Of a DNA stretch of 64,000 bases, positions 27,166-40,346 are shown in pieces; position 1 is the stretch's first letter; each line of letters starts with the position of its first letter. Source of the stretch: Eledone cirrhosa. Lineage: Eukaryota. The position numbers and the translations under genes are program-made. Below the pieces are notes generated by a model. The model searched no databases. It was given only the letters and a program-made list of their open reading frames with translations, and was not told the DNA's origin. The stretch lies in contig OZ024747.1 in NCBI GenBank assembly GCA_964016885.1, positions 28,272,001-28,336,000 on the forward strand, read 5' to 3'.

Positions 27166-27662
27166 TTACAATATGGAAGTATATCATAACACATCAGGAT
27201 AATCATCAATTTTGGAACTTGTCTTATCTGTGAGAATTGCGAACTAAAACTTCCTTTCAGAGATAAAAACATTCCTACAGGATTCTTTTGTCTAACATAA
27301 CTAAAACAGCCATTATTTTGTTTATTGTTATATATTTGTTTTCAAATTGTTATTAACATTTGCTCTAAGTTGGTTAAAATATTTATTGTTGTGTCTCATA
27401 TAGTGGAAAATATCTATATGAAAACTGAAAAGTATTTTCAGTAATCCTTTAGATTTCCATGTCTGTGAGGAAGTCATTTTGGAAAGAAGTATCTTTTTCT
27501 TCAAAATTGTCTCATTTCTCACATAAGAACAGCAACAAAGTTGGGTTTTTAAATTGAAAAAAAAAAAAAAAGTTATTTAAAAGTTCTAATCAAAAGAATG
27601 GAAATATTTACAGAGAGTTAATTCCTGCTATTGCCAAAGAAAAATTATATTAAAGAGTCAAA

Positions 27663-29111
27663 ATGGAGAAAAGTGATTCCGATGAAACTTTAATATACCA
27701 AGACGATGTCATTCGTCGCACAAGAAAAGCAATCCGTGATTTGCATACACTTCGTAATGAACACCACAGCATCATCAATAAAATCAAACTGAATTACAAA
27801 AGCCATGTAGTTGATGCAAATGATATATCAGCAGAAAAACTTGATGTTTTAAAACATTCCCAAGAAGCTATAGACTTGGCTTTGGAAGAAGCCGAAATAA
27901 CCATGCTTCTAACACAACATTTACAGTATCTGGAAGGAGAGAACTTGAAACTTCGTACTGAGGTGTCACTTCTTAGGAAAGAGAATGATTGGTTGAGAAG
28001 TGAACTGTTAGATGCTCAGACGAAATTGCAAAACTGTCAAGAATCTCTTGTAGTTGCTGAGGAGAAGATGAAACACTTTGAATTTATGAAAGAATTAAAT
28101 TATGATGAAAATGGAGAAAAAATTGATGATGGTTTTGAGAATAAATGTTGTCCTTCATCTTTTGACTTGAGCTTTTTGGATGACATTTCAGAAGACTCAG
28201 GAAGCCCTGGTTATGAGATTCCTGCTCGGTTCCGATCATTGTATGATTTGATAACGCAGTATGTAATGCAAGGTCGACATCAGGTGGCATTGACATTATG
28301 TAAACAAACAATACAGAATTTAGAAAAAACTAGTCGATTTAACCCTGAAGAAGCTATAGTCCTTCACATGCAGGCTCGCATCTATAAAGACATGGGCAAC
28401 ACAAACGATTCTATCAGGGTGTTAAAGGCTGCTTTGTTAATACGAGAAAATATTTTGGGTCATGACCATCCTTCTGTGGCAGCAGTTCTAAACAACCTTG
28501 CTGTGGTTTATGGAAAAAGTGGTAATTTCAAAGATGCTGAAAAAATGTGTAAGAGAGCACTGGAAGTAAAAGAGAAAATTCATGGGACTTATCATCCTTC
28601 GGTGGCGAAATTATTCAATAATCTGGCGCTCCTTTGTCAAAATCAGAACAAATATGAACAAGCAGAGTACTATTACCACCAGTCTTTGGAAATATATAAA
28701 TCTATGTTTGGAAACGATCATATAATGGTAATGAAGAGTAAAAATAACCATGCTTCCCTTTATCTTCGGCAAGGAAAATATCGTCAGGCTCAGGAGATCT
28801 ACAGAGAGATTCTTATACAGTTTTGTGAAAAGAAATATGGTAGTATTGATGATGACAGTGGGCATACATTGACCCCGCAGGAACAAGAAAATGGTGGTTT
28901 ATTAATCTATTATATAAAAAAAATATGTGACCGTAGTAAAATGGGTTTGAATGTTTTTAAGAATCCTGCATTGATTACAACTTTGGTGAATATGGGAATA
29001 CTTCACAGACTAATTGGCAAAAACAAAGAAGCTTCTCTTTTTGAAGAGAGTGTCTTTAGAATGAAAAAGAAAAGTCACTATAAACTAGTAAGTGTTCCTG
29101 AAGAAAACTGA
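27663..29111 (+). CDS. KLC: Kinesin light chain-like protein, 482 aa, intronless divergent paralogue (probable retrogene)
   Basis: N-terminal heptad region (LRNEHHSII; ENLKLRTEVSLLRKENDWLRSEL), GYEIPAR, then TPR repeats (GHDHPSVAAVLNNLAVVYGK; HPSVAKLFNNLALLCQNQNKYEQAEYYY; KSKNNHASLYLRQGKY). The ORF is uninterrupted and there is an AATAAA at 29233-29238. Confidence 0.92.
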   Translation: MEKSDSDETLIYQDDVIRRTRKAIRDLHTLRNEHHSIINKIKLNYKSHVVDANDISAEKLDVLKHSQEAIDLALEEAEITMLLTQHLQYLEGENLKLRTEVSLLRKENDWLRSELLDAQTKLQNCQESLVVAEEKMKHFEFMKELNYDENGEKIDDGFENKCCPSSFDLSFLDDISEDSGSPGYEIPARFRSLYDLITQYVMQGRHQVALTLCKQTIQNLEKTSRFNPEEAIVLHMQARIYKDMGNTNDSIRVLKAALLIRENILGHDHPSVAAVLNNLAVVYGKSGNFKDAEKMCKRALEVKEKIHGTYHPSVAKLFNNLALLCQNQNKYEQAEYYYHQSLEIYKSMFGNDHIMVMKSKNNHASLYLRQGKYRQAQEIYREILIQFCEKKYGSIDDDSGHTLTPQEQENGGLLIYYIKKICDRSKMGLNVFKNPALITTLVNMGILHRLIGKNKEASLFEESVFRMKKKSHYKLVSVPEEN

Positions 29112-29544
29112 TTCACTCCACACATGCATGTACATACAAATGCACTCATACACATAATTATATACATACATATACACATATGCACACAATTACACACTCA
29201 TGTATACATACATACTCTACTTACCATATTACAATAAATTGTGCAATTAAGGTGCTGCATTCATTATGAATGCATATATACACTATTCACATGTATATAT
29301 ATACACTATTTACATGTATATATGCGCCATTCACATGTATTATATATATATATATATTGTTTGGGAGGGTCATATATATTCGTCACATGTATATACACAC
29401 TGTTGAAATGCATATATACACACACTATTTAAATATATATAAACACTATTTGAATGTATATATACACTGTTTAAATGTATATACACATTGTTCACATGCA
29501 CATATATACACTGTTGAAATATAAACATATTGATTAAATGTGTG

Positions 29545-29686
<142 letters not shown>

Positions 29687-30075
29687 CCTACCCCTTTTAC
29701 TATACTACATCCTTTGCAGATTATATATACTTCAGTCTTCAAACTCTGGAAAGAAAGTATACATTCTCTTTGACTGTCCATACATGTTGTTACTCAAGCA
29801 AGGCACCTTATTACTCACACTTTACTGACAAATAGATTCCAGTCCATACATAAACCACATTGCTATCTACCAGGCTGGAATTAAAGTGTTTATTCCACTG
29901 TTTTTTTTTTATATCTGACACTCTGGGTGTCTACCTAGCTACCGTGATACCAATTTTACTGTTTAATATGAAGGGCATTCAGATTTAACTTTCCAGCTTG
30001 GACAAGATTAAATTTAAACACTACTATACTCGTCCAAACAAGTGAAATCAAAGATAATACACCTATGTATATATT

Positions 30076-30106
<31 letters not shown>

Positions 30107-33009
30107 GCATACTCATACATTTGATTTAGAATTTATCATTGGCTTATTTGCCCAATAGAGACACAAGTCAATTTATTTGGCTTAGCCTGATCAACACTCT
30201 GTGATGTGTGAAATGAACTTATTACTTGACTTTGAAAAGGCTGTGATTGGATGGCATAAGATTATGTGTATACATGCACACACATAAACCATGCATATGT
30301 ATGGAAAATAGATGTAAAATGGCAATGATGATTATATATACATATATATATATATGAAGGTAAAAAATGTAATATCAAACTTGGTATATTATAGACTGAG
30401 AAAGAAGTGAAAAGAATGCTTCTTACCAAAATATGAATTCTGAGACGTTCAACATTACCTGTGATCAATTTTCTCTGTAGACATTAACTGTGTTTGTTAC
30501 TACTGTTATATTTTTTTCAGATATTAAATTTATTTTCAAACTAACTTCACACATGCACACACACAGTTAATATTTTCATCACCGTTACTGATGCCAGCGT
30601 AAAACACAGCTACATACATACATACATACATACATACATACACGATGATGGCTGCCCTCTCGTTTTCGGGTATGGCCATTGCATGATATACCATTATTAA
30701 TAATTATTAATTAATTCTATTGTGCAATGCCTGTGTGTGAAGATATTTTTTAAAGTGAGGAAAGACTGTGCACTGAGCCAATCCCACTCTCTGAGCGACA
30801 GTAGCTATAACCCGAAAAGAAGAAAAGCTCAACATCATCGGTAACTACTGAGCCGCAGGTTTTATATCGGAGTTACCCCCCCCCCCCCCCCTCCCACACA
30901 CACACACGCACAGGATTGGGGACATTTGAAAATATGTTAGCCTTGATGTGAATAACTATAAATAATAAAAAAAGCAAGAAGCACCCAGCCCACGCTTTAA
31001 AGTGGTGTCATGACAAAAAGCACCCAGTACTTACTGTAAATGTGGTTGGTGTTAGGAAGGGCATCCAGCTGTAGAAACCAAGCCAAAATCAGTTCTGTAT
31101 AAGCAAGGCATGGTCACCTGACCTAGCATTGCCCACAACAGGACAACTTGTCTAACCCATGCTAGCATGGCAGAATGGACATAAAATGATGATGATGAAT
31201 AGTTGGATAAGTCAGTTAAAGTACAACTGGAGGTGTAAAGAGAATTTCAATTGGCTTCCAATGCTTTGTAAATTAATCAAAGAATATTATTTACACTTCT
31301 AGTTTAACATTAAAAGCTTTTAACAGACACCGTTTGGTGGTCAGATATGCCATAGTGTCATGATTAAATGCAACTGCTCAGCATATGAGTGATCCATCTT
31401 AGGTACTTTACCCAATATATTCAACTATTATTTATAGTTATTTGTATTGAGGCTAACATTTTCCATTTCATATATATACACTTACATGCACACACAAATA
31501 GGAGAAAAAAATAAATGTAGAGTTTATCTATTCATATGAAATGGTTTATTCACTTTTTTACTACTTAATGTTTTGTTATGGGTGATCCTTCAAGCAATAA
31601 AAAGACGAAGCATAGACCATGTCAAACTTATAGCACCAGTGAAGCTTCACGTTTGAATTAATGTATTTGACCAATGGCTGAAACCAGTAAAAGATTGTAC
31701 GCACGCACGCACGCTCGCTCGCTCACTCACTCACTCACTCACTCACTCACTCTGCAAATGTGGTTGGAGTTAGGAAGGGCATCCAGCTGTAATCTAGCCA
31801 GAAACAGTTCTATATGAGCAAGGCAATGTCACCTGACCCAACTTGCCTTAAATTGGAAAACTCATCTAACCCATGCTAGCATGGAAAGTGAACGTTAAAT
31901 GATGATGATGATATATATATATATATTTTCTGTGTTTATATATACTTAATATACACTACCCTTATTGGGTCCTCTCTGGATTTTTGGCTTTGTATTTATT
32001 ATTATTACTTCTATGTAAATATGGTTGGTGTTAGGAAGGGCATCCAGCTGTAAAAAAAACCAGTCAAATTACTTTTCTTTGAGCAAGGTATGGCATGACC
32101 AACTGGCCAGACTTGTCTAACCCATTCAAGTGTGGAAAAATAAGACGTTAAACAGTGATGATGATAAGCATATATTAAAAGTTTAAGCAAACATGTATAT
32201 ATTTATATGTATGTATGTAAGAATGTATTTATACGTGTATATATATATTCAAGCTATATTTATGAGGAGGTGACAGCCTGGTGGAAAAACTGTCAAATCA
32301 TAGCCTAACACAACCTAAACATTTTCCTGCAGCTGCTGTGGTTGAATCCCAGATTGGTCAAATCAGTCACCAAAGTAGGCTGAACTGACACAACCTTCCA
32401 TAGAATTCATTATTGAAGTGTTTGGCAACAATTTCTATTGTGGTTTCATATATATTATTGCATATATATAGCATTATCTTTTAACATCCATTTTTTTTTC
32501 CTATGTCAAAAGACTGTCAGTAGAATATAAAAACTGAAAACACCACGAAATATATCCTTCTACCTGTTAAAGAAGTTTACGTTGAAAAAATATTTAAATG
32601 AAACAAAAAAAAATGGAAAGGAGAAAAAGAAAAAAGAGAATTAAGCACCGAAGGAAAGGGAGATGAATGTGTGACATGAAGTAGAAACATTTATAGACTT
32701 TTCTTTCCTGTTAAATTCTAACTTTATGGTGTGGTGTATCTCTCAGGTTCTTATTACCAAACAATGAACTAATATCATAATGAGTGAAATATGTATCATG
32801 GTAGGGAAATATGTATTTAGAGAAGAGAGACTTGATAGAACTCAGGAATATTACTTGAGTATCTGCGAGCTGTGGTTGGACTTGAAAATGTTAACTTCGT
32901 TATTCATTTTTCTACTGTTTAGCAATGATTTGTCTCACATGTTGGTGTGTAACTAATGTAAATTATTTATTGAACACTACATTATTGTACCATGTGTTTG
33001 TGTGTGTTT

Positions 33010-33047
<38 letters not shown>

Positions 33048-34430
33048 ATATCAACATATGTATATATATATATATACATATGTGTTTATATGTATATATG
33101 TATATATCAACATATGTATATATATATATACATATGTGTTTATATGTATATATGTATATATCAACATATGTGTTTATATGTATATATGTATATATCAACA
33201 TATGTATATATATATATACATGTGTTTATATGTATATATGTATATATCAACATATAAACACATATGTATATATATATATACATATGTATATATATACATA
33301 TGTATATATATATATATACATGTGTTTATACGTATATATGTATATATCAACATATGTATATATATATATATACATATGTGTTTATACGTATATATGTATA
33401 TATCAACATATGTATATATATATATATATACATATGTGTTTATACGTATATATCAACATATGTATATATATATATACATATGTGTTTATATGTATATATA
33501 TGACATCAACATGTATATATATATACATGTGTATATATGTATGTGTTTATATGTATATATATATATATATATGACATATATCAACATATGTATATATATG
33601 TATGTGTTTATATGTATATATATATATGACATATATCAACATATGTATATATATGTATGTGTTTATATGTATATATATATATGACATATATCAACATATG
33701 TATATATATGTATGTGTTTATATGTATATATATATATGACATATATCAACATATGTATATATATATATGTGTTTATATGTATATATATATATGACATATA
33801 TCAACATATGTATATATATATATGTGTTTATATGTATATATATATATGACATATATCAACATATGTATATATATATATGTGTTTATATGTATATATATAT
33901 ATGACATATATCAACATATGTATATATATATATGTGTTTATATGTATATATATATATGACATATATCAACATATGTATATATATATATGTGTTTATATGT
34001 ATATATATATATGACATATATCAACATATGTATATATATATATGTGTTTATATGTATATATATATATGACATATATCAACATATGTATATATATATTTAC
34101 ATGTGTATATATGTATATATATATGACATATATCAACATATGTATATATATATTTACATGTGTATATATGTATGTGTTTATATGTATATATATGACATAT
34201 ATCAACATATGTATATATATATTTACATGTGTATATATGTATGTGTTTATATGTATATATATGACATATATCAACACATGCATATATATATATATATATA
34301 CACATGTGTATATATGTATGTTTATATGTATATATATACATATAATGTGTTTATATGTATATATATATATATATATATGACATATATCAACACATGCATA
34401 TATATATATGACATATTGCATATATATATA
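33010..34430. repeat. AT-rich minisatellite, ~55-60 bp variable unit built on (TA)n
   Basis: Recurring gtgtttatatgtatata...gacatatatcaacatatgtata units. Confidence 0.92.
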
Positions 34431-35252
34431 TGATGAAAAGAAAAATGAAATATTAATATGATTCAATATAAATCTTAACTATTTTTACAAAATTAAATTG
34501 TTGAATTATGATGGTGTTTGTTTTATCTTTAGTTTTTTTTTTTTTTTTTTTTTTTTTTTGTAACAGCTGCCTGATATGCCATTATTTTATACACTACTCT
34601 GTGTGTGTGTCTTTACCCTTTCTCCTAGCTCCTCTCATCATCACTGCTCCATCCTGACAGAAGTATCACCTTCCCCCCACCATTAGTGAGAAATTGTTGT
34701 AACAATAGTGTGATTCAGTAAGTAGTTGTAGTAGTAATGATTCAGTGTGAAGCTATGTCAGTCTGTTAATTGAGGTTTTTATATCAATTCATATCTTTAA
34801 AAATGTGATTCATTGCCTCCTCCTCCCCTCTCTCTCTGAGGTGGTGATGAAAATAAGTTAATTTTGAAGTTGTGGGATAGGTCTCTGTATTATGTTTCTT
34901 CCAAGCGCTGTCCTGTCTGACAAGTTAAAAAAGAGGATTTGAACTCAGAACAAAAAAAAAAAAAAAAAAAAAAAAAATGCTGTAGTTTAATACCGGGAGG
35001 CATTTTGCTAATTTAAGCACAAGGCCAGCAATTTTAGGGAGTGATTAGTACTATATTTTATGGACCTCGATGGATGAAAAGCAGAGTTGATCAATTCAAG
35101 ATTTGAACTCAAGATTAAAAAATACCAGAACTAAATACCTTCAAGCATTTTGTCCAACATTCTAACAATTCTGCCAATCAACTTCCCTTCATAATGGTTT
35201 CTAATTTAGGCACAAGGCCAACAATTTTGGTGGAAGGGAAAGTCAAAGTTAA

Positions 35253-35454
35253 CACTTTAGCATTTAAACCAGCCATATCCAGCCAGAATTGTCTCACCTC
35301 TTTCTGTTCAAACCGGCTGTAACTGGCTGCTCATACTGATGTTAAGGTATTGTTCTCAAAATAAATATCAAAATCTCATAGATTTGATATGTGAGATAAA
35401 CCCTTGACTGTGAAAATACAATCGTAAATATAGAGTAATGTAAATGCTAAAGGG
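35253..35454. mobile_element. Intact piggyBac-like MITE with TTAA target-site duplication, inserted in a SINE
   Basis: TTAA (35249-52) CACTTTAGCATTTA ... TAAATGCTAAAGGG TTAA (35455-58). The flanks rejoin as SINE sequence (aaagttaa|tcttggagggatttgaactcag). Confidence 0.85.
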
Positions 35455-37665
35455 TTAATCTTGGAGGGATTTGAACTCAGAATGTAAAGAGCCAGAATAA
35501 ATACAGCTACGCATTTGTCCAATGCACCAATGACTGCCAATCTACTGCCCTAAACTTCCCTTAATAATAATGATGATAATTACAGTGATTTTCAACAAAG
35601 GCAGAAATTAAAATTTCTCACATACATAAAAAATATAATTCAACAGGAAAAACTCCCCTCAAATAGCCAGGGTATTATTGTGTTTCCAATGTTCTTTGTG
35701 AATGGTTGGCACCATTGTCCAAAGTGGTCGGAACAATCAACATTTTTATTAGAAAAGCTATAATTATAATGTTGCTTTCACCAGGAAGTTATGACATAAA
35801 CAACAGCAATGTTTGACAACATGTTATTAAAGTAGGTTGTTGCCTGAATTATAACTATACCATCCTAAACTATGGTCAGGTTTGATGGCTAACACCACAC
35901 AATTACCTGTTCAACTCATGCCAGTATGGAAAGTGGACATGAAACAATGATGATGATGATTCCCATAAGAAATACATTTTTAAAAAATAGCTAGTACAGT
36001 TTTTAATGCAATGAAGACCTAATTAAAAAAGTTAAAAGAAAGCTTTGAGAGGACTTAACAAATTATTGTCAAGAATAAGGTACAATAGGATCCAAGCACC
36101 CAGTCTTCACTGACCCAATCCAAATACCCAGTCTTCATTGACACAATACAATCCAAACACCCAGTCTTCACTTGCATAAAACAGCCTGAACTTCTATGTT
36201 GGTACATGGTCATATGGCTGTAAGGAAAGTTATAGTTAAATATTTCACTGTTACATATTTATTCACCCACAAAAGAATGAAAAGTATTTTCAACCTTGGT
36301 AGGATTTGAGCTTAGGAAATTAATAGTAGATATCTGAATTATTTACTTTGTTATATATCACAATTTGTGAACTATTGTCTTGTTCCTTCCTGGTTTCCTC
36401 TGTAGCAATCACTGGTTCACTGTATTTCCGATTGAGAGAATGACCATGGTGTGTTTGTAACTCGGTTCAGAACAAATATTTCAAGGGATATCGTTTGCAA
36501 TGTACTGGTTTTTCAGTATTTTTTTCCTATTTTGTTTGCTGATCATGCAATAATATACAGCAGTGAAAAACACACCTATGTAAATTTCTATGTATGTTTG
36601 TATATGCATTGTGTGGTTAAGTTCTCTGAACGATTGTTCAAACTTGTTCAACACCTTGGACAAATGTCTTCTACTTTGGGTTGGTATTAGGAAGGCCATC
36701 TAGCTATAGAATGCTGCATTAAAAATAAGTCTTGGTCAACCTATGCTAGCATAAAAAAGTGGACATAAAAACGACTATGATGATGGTCATAATCATCATC
36801 ATTGTGTTATATTTCCTTTTGAAAATAATCAAGAATTTTGAGGGATTTAGTAAAATAATTTAGTCATTAAACTAGTGTTTAGAAAACAAGAAAAAGTTTA
36901 CATATAATTTACACCAGAAAGTTTGTAGAATTTCCAGAATGCTTTCTAGCTAGGTTTTATTGGCAGTTTACCAAGAATTTTATCAAAAATTTCATGTGAA
37001 GTAAATTATTCAAAGAATTAATTTGCATTAAATTCTCACATAATTGTACGTTTATCATCGACACCACCACCATCACTATCATGATTGCTTTCCACATCCA
37101 CTAACATCTACATGATAATCACCACCACCACTGCCATCTACGTGATCATCGTCATTATCATCATCATCATCATCATCATTAGCAACCTTTTTTCGGGGAT
37201 AGTGTAGTTTGAATAACACTATCCAAGTGTAATTTATGGTGATTTGGGGGCTATTTCTAGCATTTCTTGTAACAGCGTAGAGGCCTCCCTCTTTGATTGG
37301 TAATCAAGCCAAGAAAGATATAGTAAAGTCCGATCTTTTGTTAGTTTTCTTGAAAGTTTTCAGTCAAATGTCTGCTATACATTCTATCACTATCATGGTG
37401 ATATTTTTGCAAGGGAAATAACCTCTGATTGCAGGAGGCAACTCTTTTCTAATTCAAATGTATACTTCAACACCTCTCTTATCATTTCTGTAATGACATA
37501 ATACAGTTTCATAACGCAATACTAGTATTTTATAACAAAAATAAATAAAGGGTATTCTAGCTATTAGCTATCTTATAGTCGGAAGTTTTATAAATAACAT
37601 TACCAATATGTTTTAAATATATACATAAATACCATTACAATATAATTGAAGAACATTACAAATAT

Positions 37666-37913
37666 AATTGTTTCTACTTTTGGCACAAGGCCAGCAAATT
37701 ACCCAGTGCATTACTGGTACTTTACTTTATCGAAGGATGAAAGGCAAGGTTAACCTCGACGTGATTTGAACTCAGACCGTAAAGGGACGTAACTATGCTA
37801 GAAAGCATAGCGTCCAATCCTCTACAAATCTAATTGTTTCTACTTTTGGCACAAGGCCAGCAGTTATCCCAGTGTATTACTGGTACATTATTTTATCGAC
37901 CCCGTAAGGATGA
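37666..37913 (-). mobile_element. Two adjacent partial SINE copies
   Basis: aattgtttctacttttggcacaaggccagc occurs twice, each followed by SINE body sequence. Confidence 0.75.
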
Positions 37914-37919
37914 AGTCGT

Positions 37920-38335
37920 TGATAAACACATATAAACGCATAAAAAGGAGAGAAAAAGGTGGATAGATAAAACAAAAACGACCATCAATTCACCAGTAAG
38001 TGCGACAATCGGTCGCACATCACATCATAAGGGTTACCTAAACACGTTGAGGCAAGCCAGCGAGGTGCTAAAACAACCAGGTATCCTCGCAGGCATCACC
38101 TAACACCTCAGTAAATCGAGCCGCTGTCAGCGGCCAAACTCCATCAAACGTCTCGAACGCCACAGGCTGGAAAAAATAATTACTAGATAAATCCAGGTAT
38201 TTACGAATTTTATTCCGTTCGGCAACGGAAGCAGTGACCCCCCCCCCCCACATTTAACACGGCGTCCATGATGTGTGAGGGAGCAAAAGCGTCACTGACT
38301 ATGGCGTCACAGATGAGACACCTACCTCTTACCCA
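37920..38335 (-). mobile_element. CRE-clade-like non-LTR retrotransposon endonuclease fragment
   Basis: Minus-strand peptide AERNKIRKYLDLSSNYFFQPVAFETFDGVW resembles the AE..K..KY...F.PVA.ET.G.W motif of RLE-bearing CRE elements. The segment is locally GC/CpG-rich. Confidence 0.55.
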
Positions 38336-39418
38336 TATTTAAGTATGTGCACTATCATATACATTAACTTTCTGAACACTTTAATGCGATTTATGTACAT
38401 GTTATGTTTATTGCATATCAAAGTTTTCTTACCATTTTAAAGTGCAAAGAGCTAAACTAATCACTACATCTAAATTGTCCAAATTTGGCCCCCATAATTC
38501 AGAAATGTTTCCACCGCCCCTGAAATATGTACTTGAAAAGAATAAATACCGGGGTCGATATGATCGACTGACTCAACAAAATTTCAGAATATTTGATGGC
38601 TTAATAAAAAGAAAGGAGATAACTCTCAACGCATTAAAATTAAGAAGGCGATAATGGGCAAGAGGACGTGATAACTTGGCTATTAAGAAACAATGGAAGG
38701 ATACTTTCATGCACAGTGCACTCCCCACTGGATCTCTCTCTCTATATAATAAAAGTGTATTATATGTTGATGTATAATAAACTTGTAAAAATCTCGTTAT
38801 GTAAGCTGTGATCATACCACAGTAATCTCATTAGATAGTTGTAATATGATTCACCGCTTAAAACAACACCATAATAAGACTTAAATATGATATATCTATA
38901 TCTATATATAGATTGTTTTTTCATATATGAGTGAAGTTTGGTAGGTTGATGCAGTCATATATGAAAAAAACAATCTGAGCCCCCCCCCCCCCCCCCCCCC
39001 AGTTTTTTTTAAAGCAAATATAATAAGAACTTTGTAACGCGAACTGGCGCGAAGTTTATTATACTTATTCACATGGCAGTATATATATATATTTATACAT
39101 ATATATATTTATATAATTTAAGAAAAAATCAAGAAAATAAATATAAACTTTTATATTCAATTATAGTATACAGCTCGGAAATATCTCTTTCTTAGAGCTA
39201 TTTTATTGTAAGAGACTATTTTGAGTTCCTAACTCAATATATACCTTTGATATATTTGGCTCCGTTAATTTGTTGAGCTATTTCAAATGTCGAATAAACC
39301 TGGCTGCTATTTTTAGTGGTGTAAGTCTGTGAGACACGCTAAGATACCATGTGCGTTATTATATATAGCACACTATTTAGTTTCTTAATATACTTAGAAG
39401 TATCAAGGATACTAATTC

Positions 39419-39496
39419 ATCACCCACTGATGAGCAAGAATTTGTAATTCTATTCACAATTAATATTGCGAAACAGCACCAAGTTGTCTGGGTGAT
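39419..39496 (+). ncRNA. Type I hammerhead ribozyme
   Basis: Stem I ATCACCCA/TGGGTGAT; core CTGATGA (39427-33); stem II GCAA/TTGC; GAAA (39470-73); stem III ACAGC/GTTGT; GUC cleavage triplet ending at C39488. Confidence 0.85.
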
Positions 39497-39805
39497 TGGT
39501 AGTTACCACAATTTCGGTTTGTATTTATTTTCTTGACTTTTTCTTAAATTGAGACAGGCAATAGTTATATTGCTAACTATAGTTAGTATTCTTTTCACCT
39601 TAGCGAATCTGGTCCCTTGCGATTTGAACATATATATTTATATATCTGTTGTTGTTTTTCTTTTATATTCAATTATAGTATATATATATATATATATATA
39701 ATTTGTTGAGTGCTTTATATCAGTTATAAAAATATTTTGCTTGTTGTATCCCAACAAATTAAATATAACCTCTACATATATAAATATATATATATATATA
39801 TAAAT

Positions 39806-40210
39806 ATAATATAAGATCAAAAGATGGTTAAAGGAGTTCCATATATTTTATTATGCGCATTTCAAAAACAAACATCATCAAGCAATAATATTTGTGTTTT
39901 CATCAGATAAAACAGGAGAACATGATATGAAGGCTAAAAAAACACTTGTTGATAGTGCAGTTTTTAATCAACATATGTTGATTAAACGATATGTTGATTA
40001 AAACGATATGTTGATTAAAATGATATGTTGATTAAAACGATATGTTGATTAAAAACTGCACTATCAACAAGTGTTTTTTTAGCCTTCATATCATGTTCTC
40101 CTGTTTTATCTGATGAAAACACAAATATTATTGCTTGATGATGTTTGTTTTTGAAATGCGCATAATAAAATATATGGAACTCCTTTAACCATCTTTTGAT
40201 CTTATATTAT
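39806..40210. repeat. Long perfect inverted repeat (171-bp arms) with a central 16-17 bp tandem repeat
   Basis: 39806-39976 is the reverse complement of 40040-40210. The spacer consists of atatgttgattaaaacg-type copies. Confidence 0.95.
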
Positions 40211-40298
40211 GCATACTCCAGTCCCACAAACTGTAGAGTGCTTCTTATCCGATATCTGCATTGCTTTATTGTACTACAATAAAACTCACCTCCTACAT

Positions 40299-40346
<48 letters not shown>

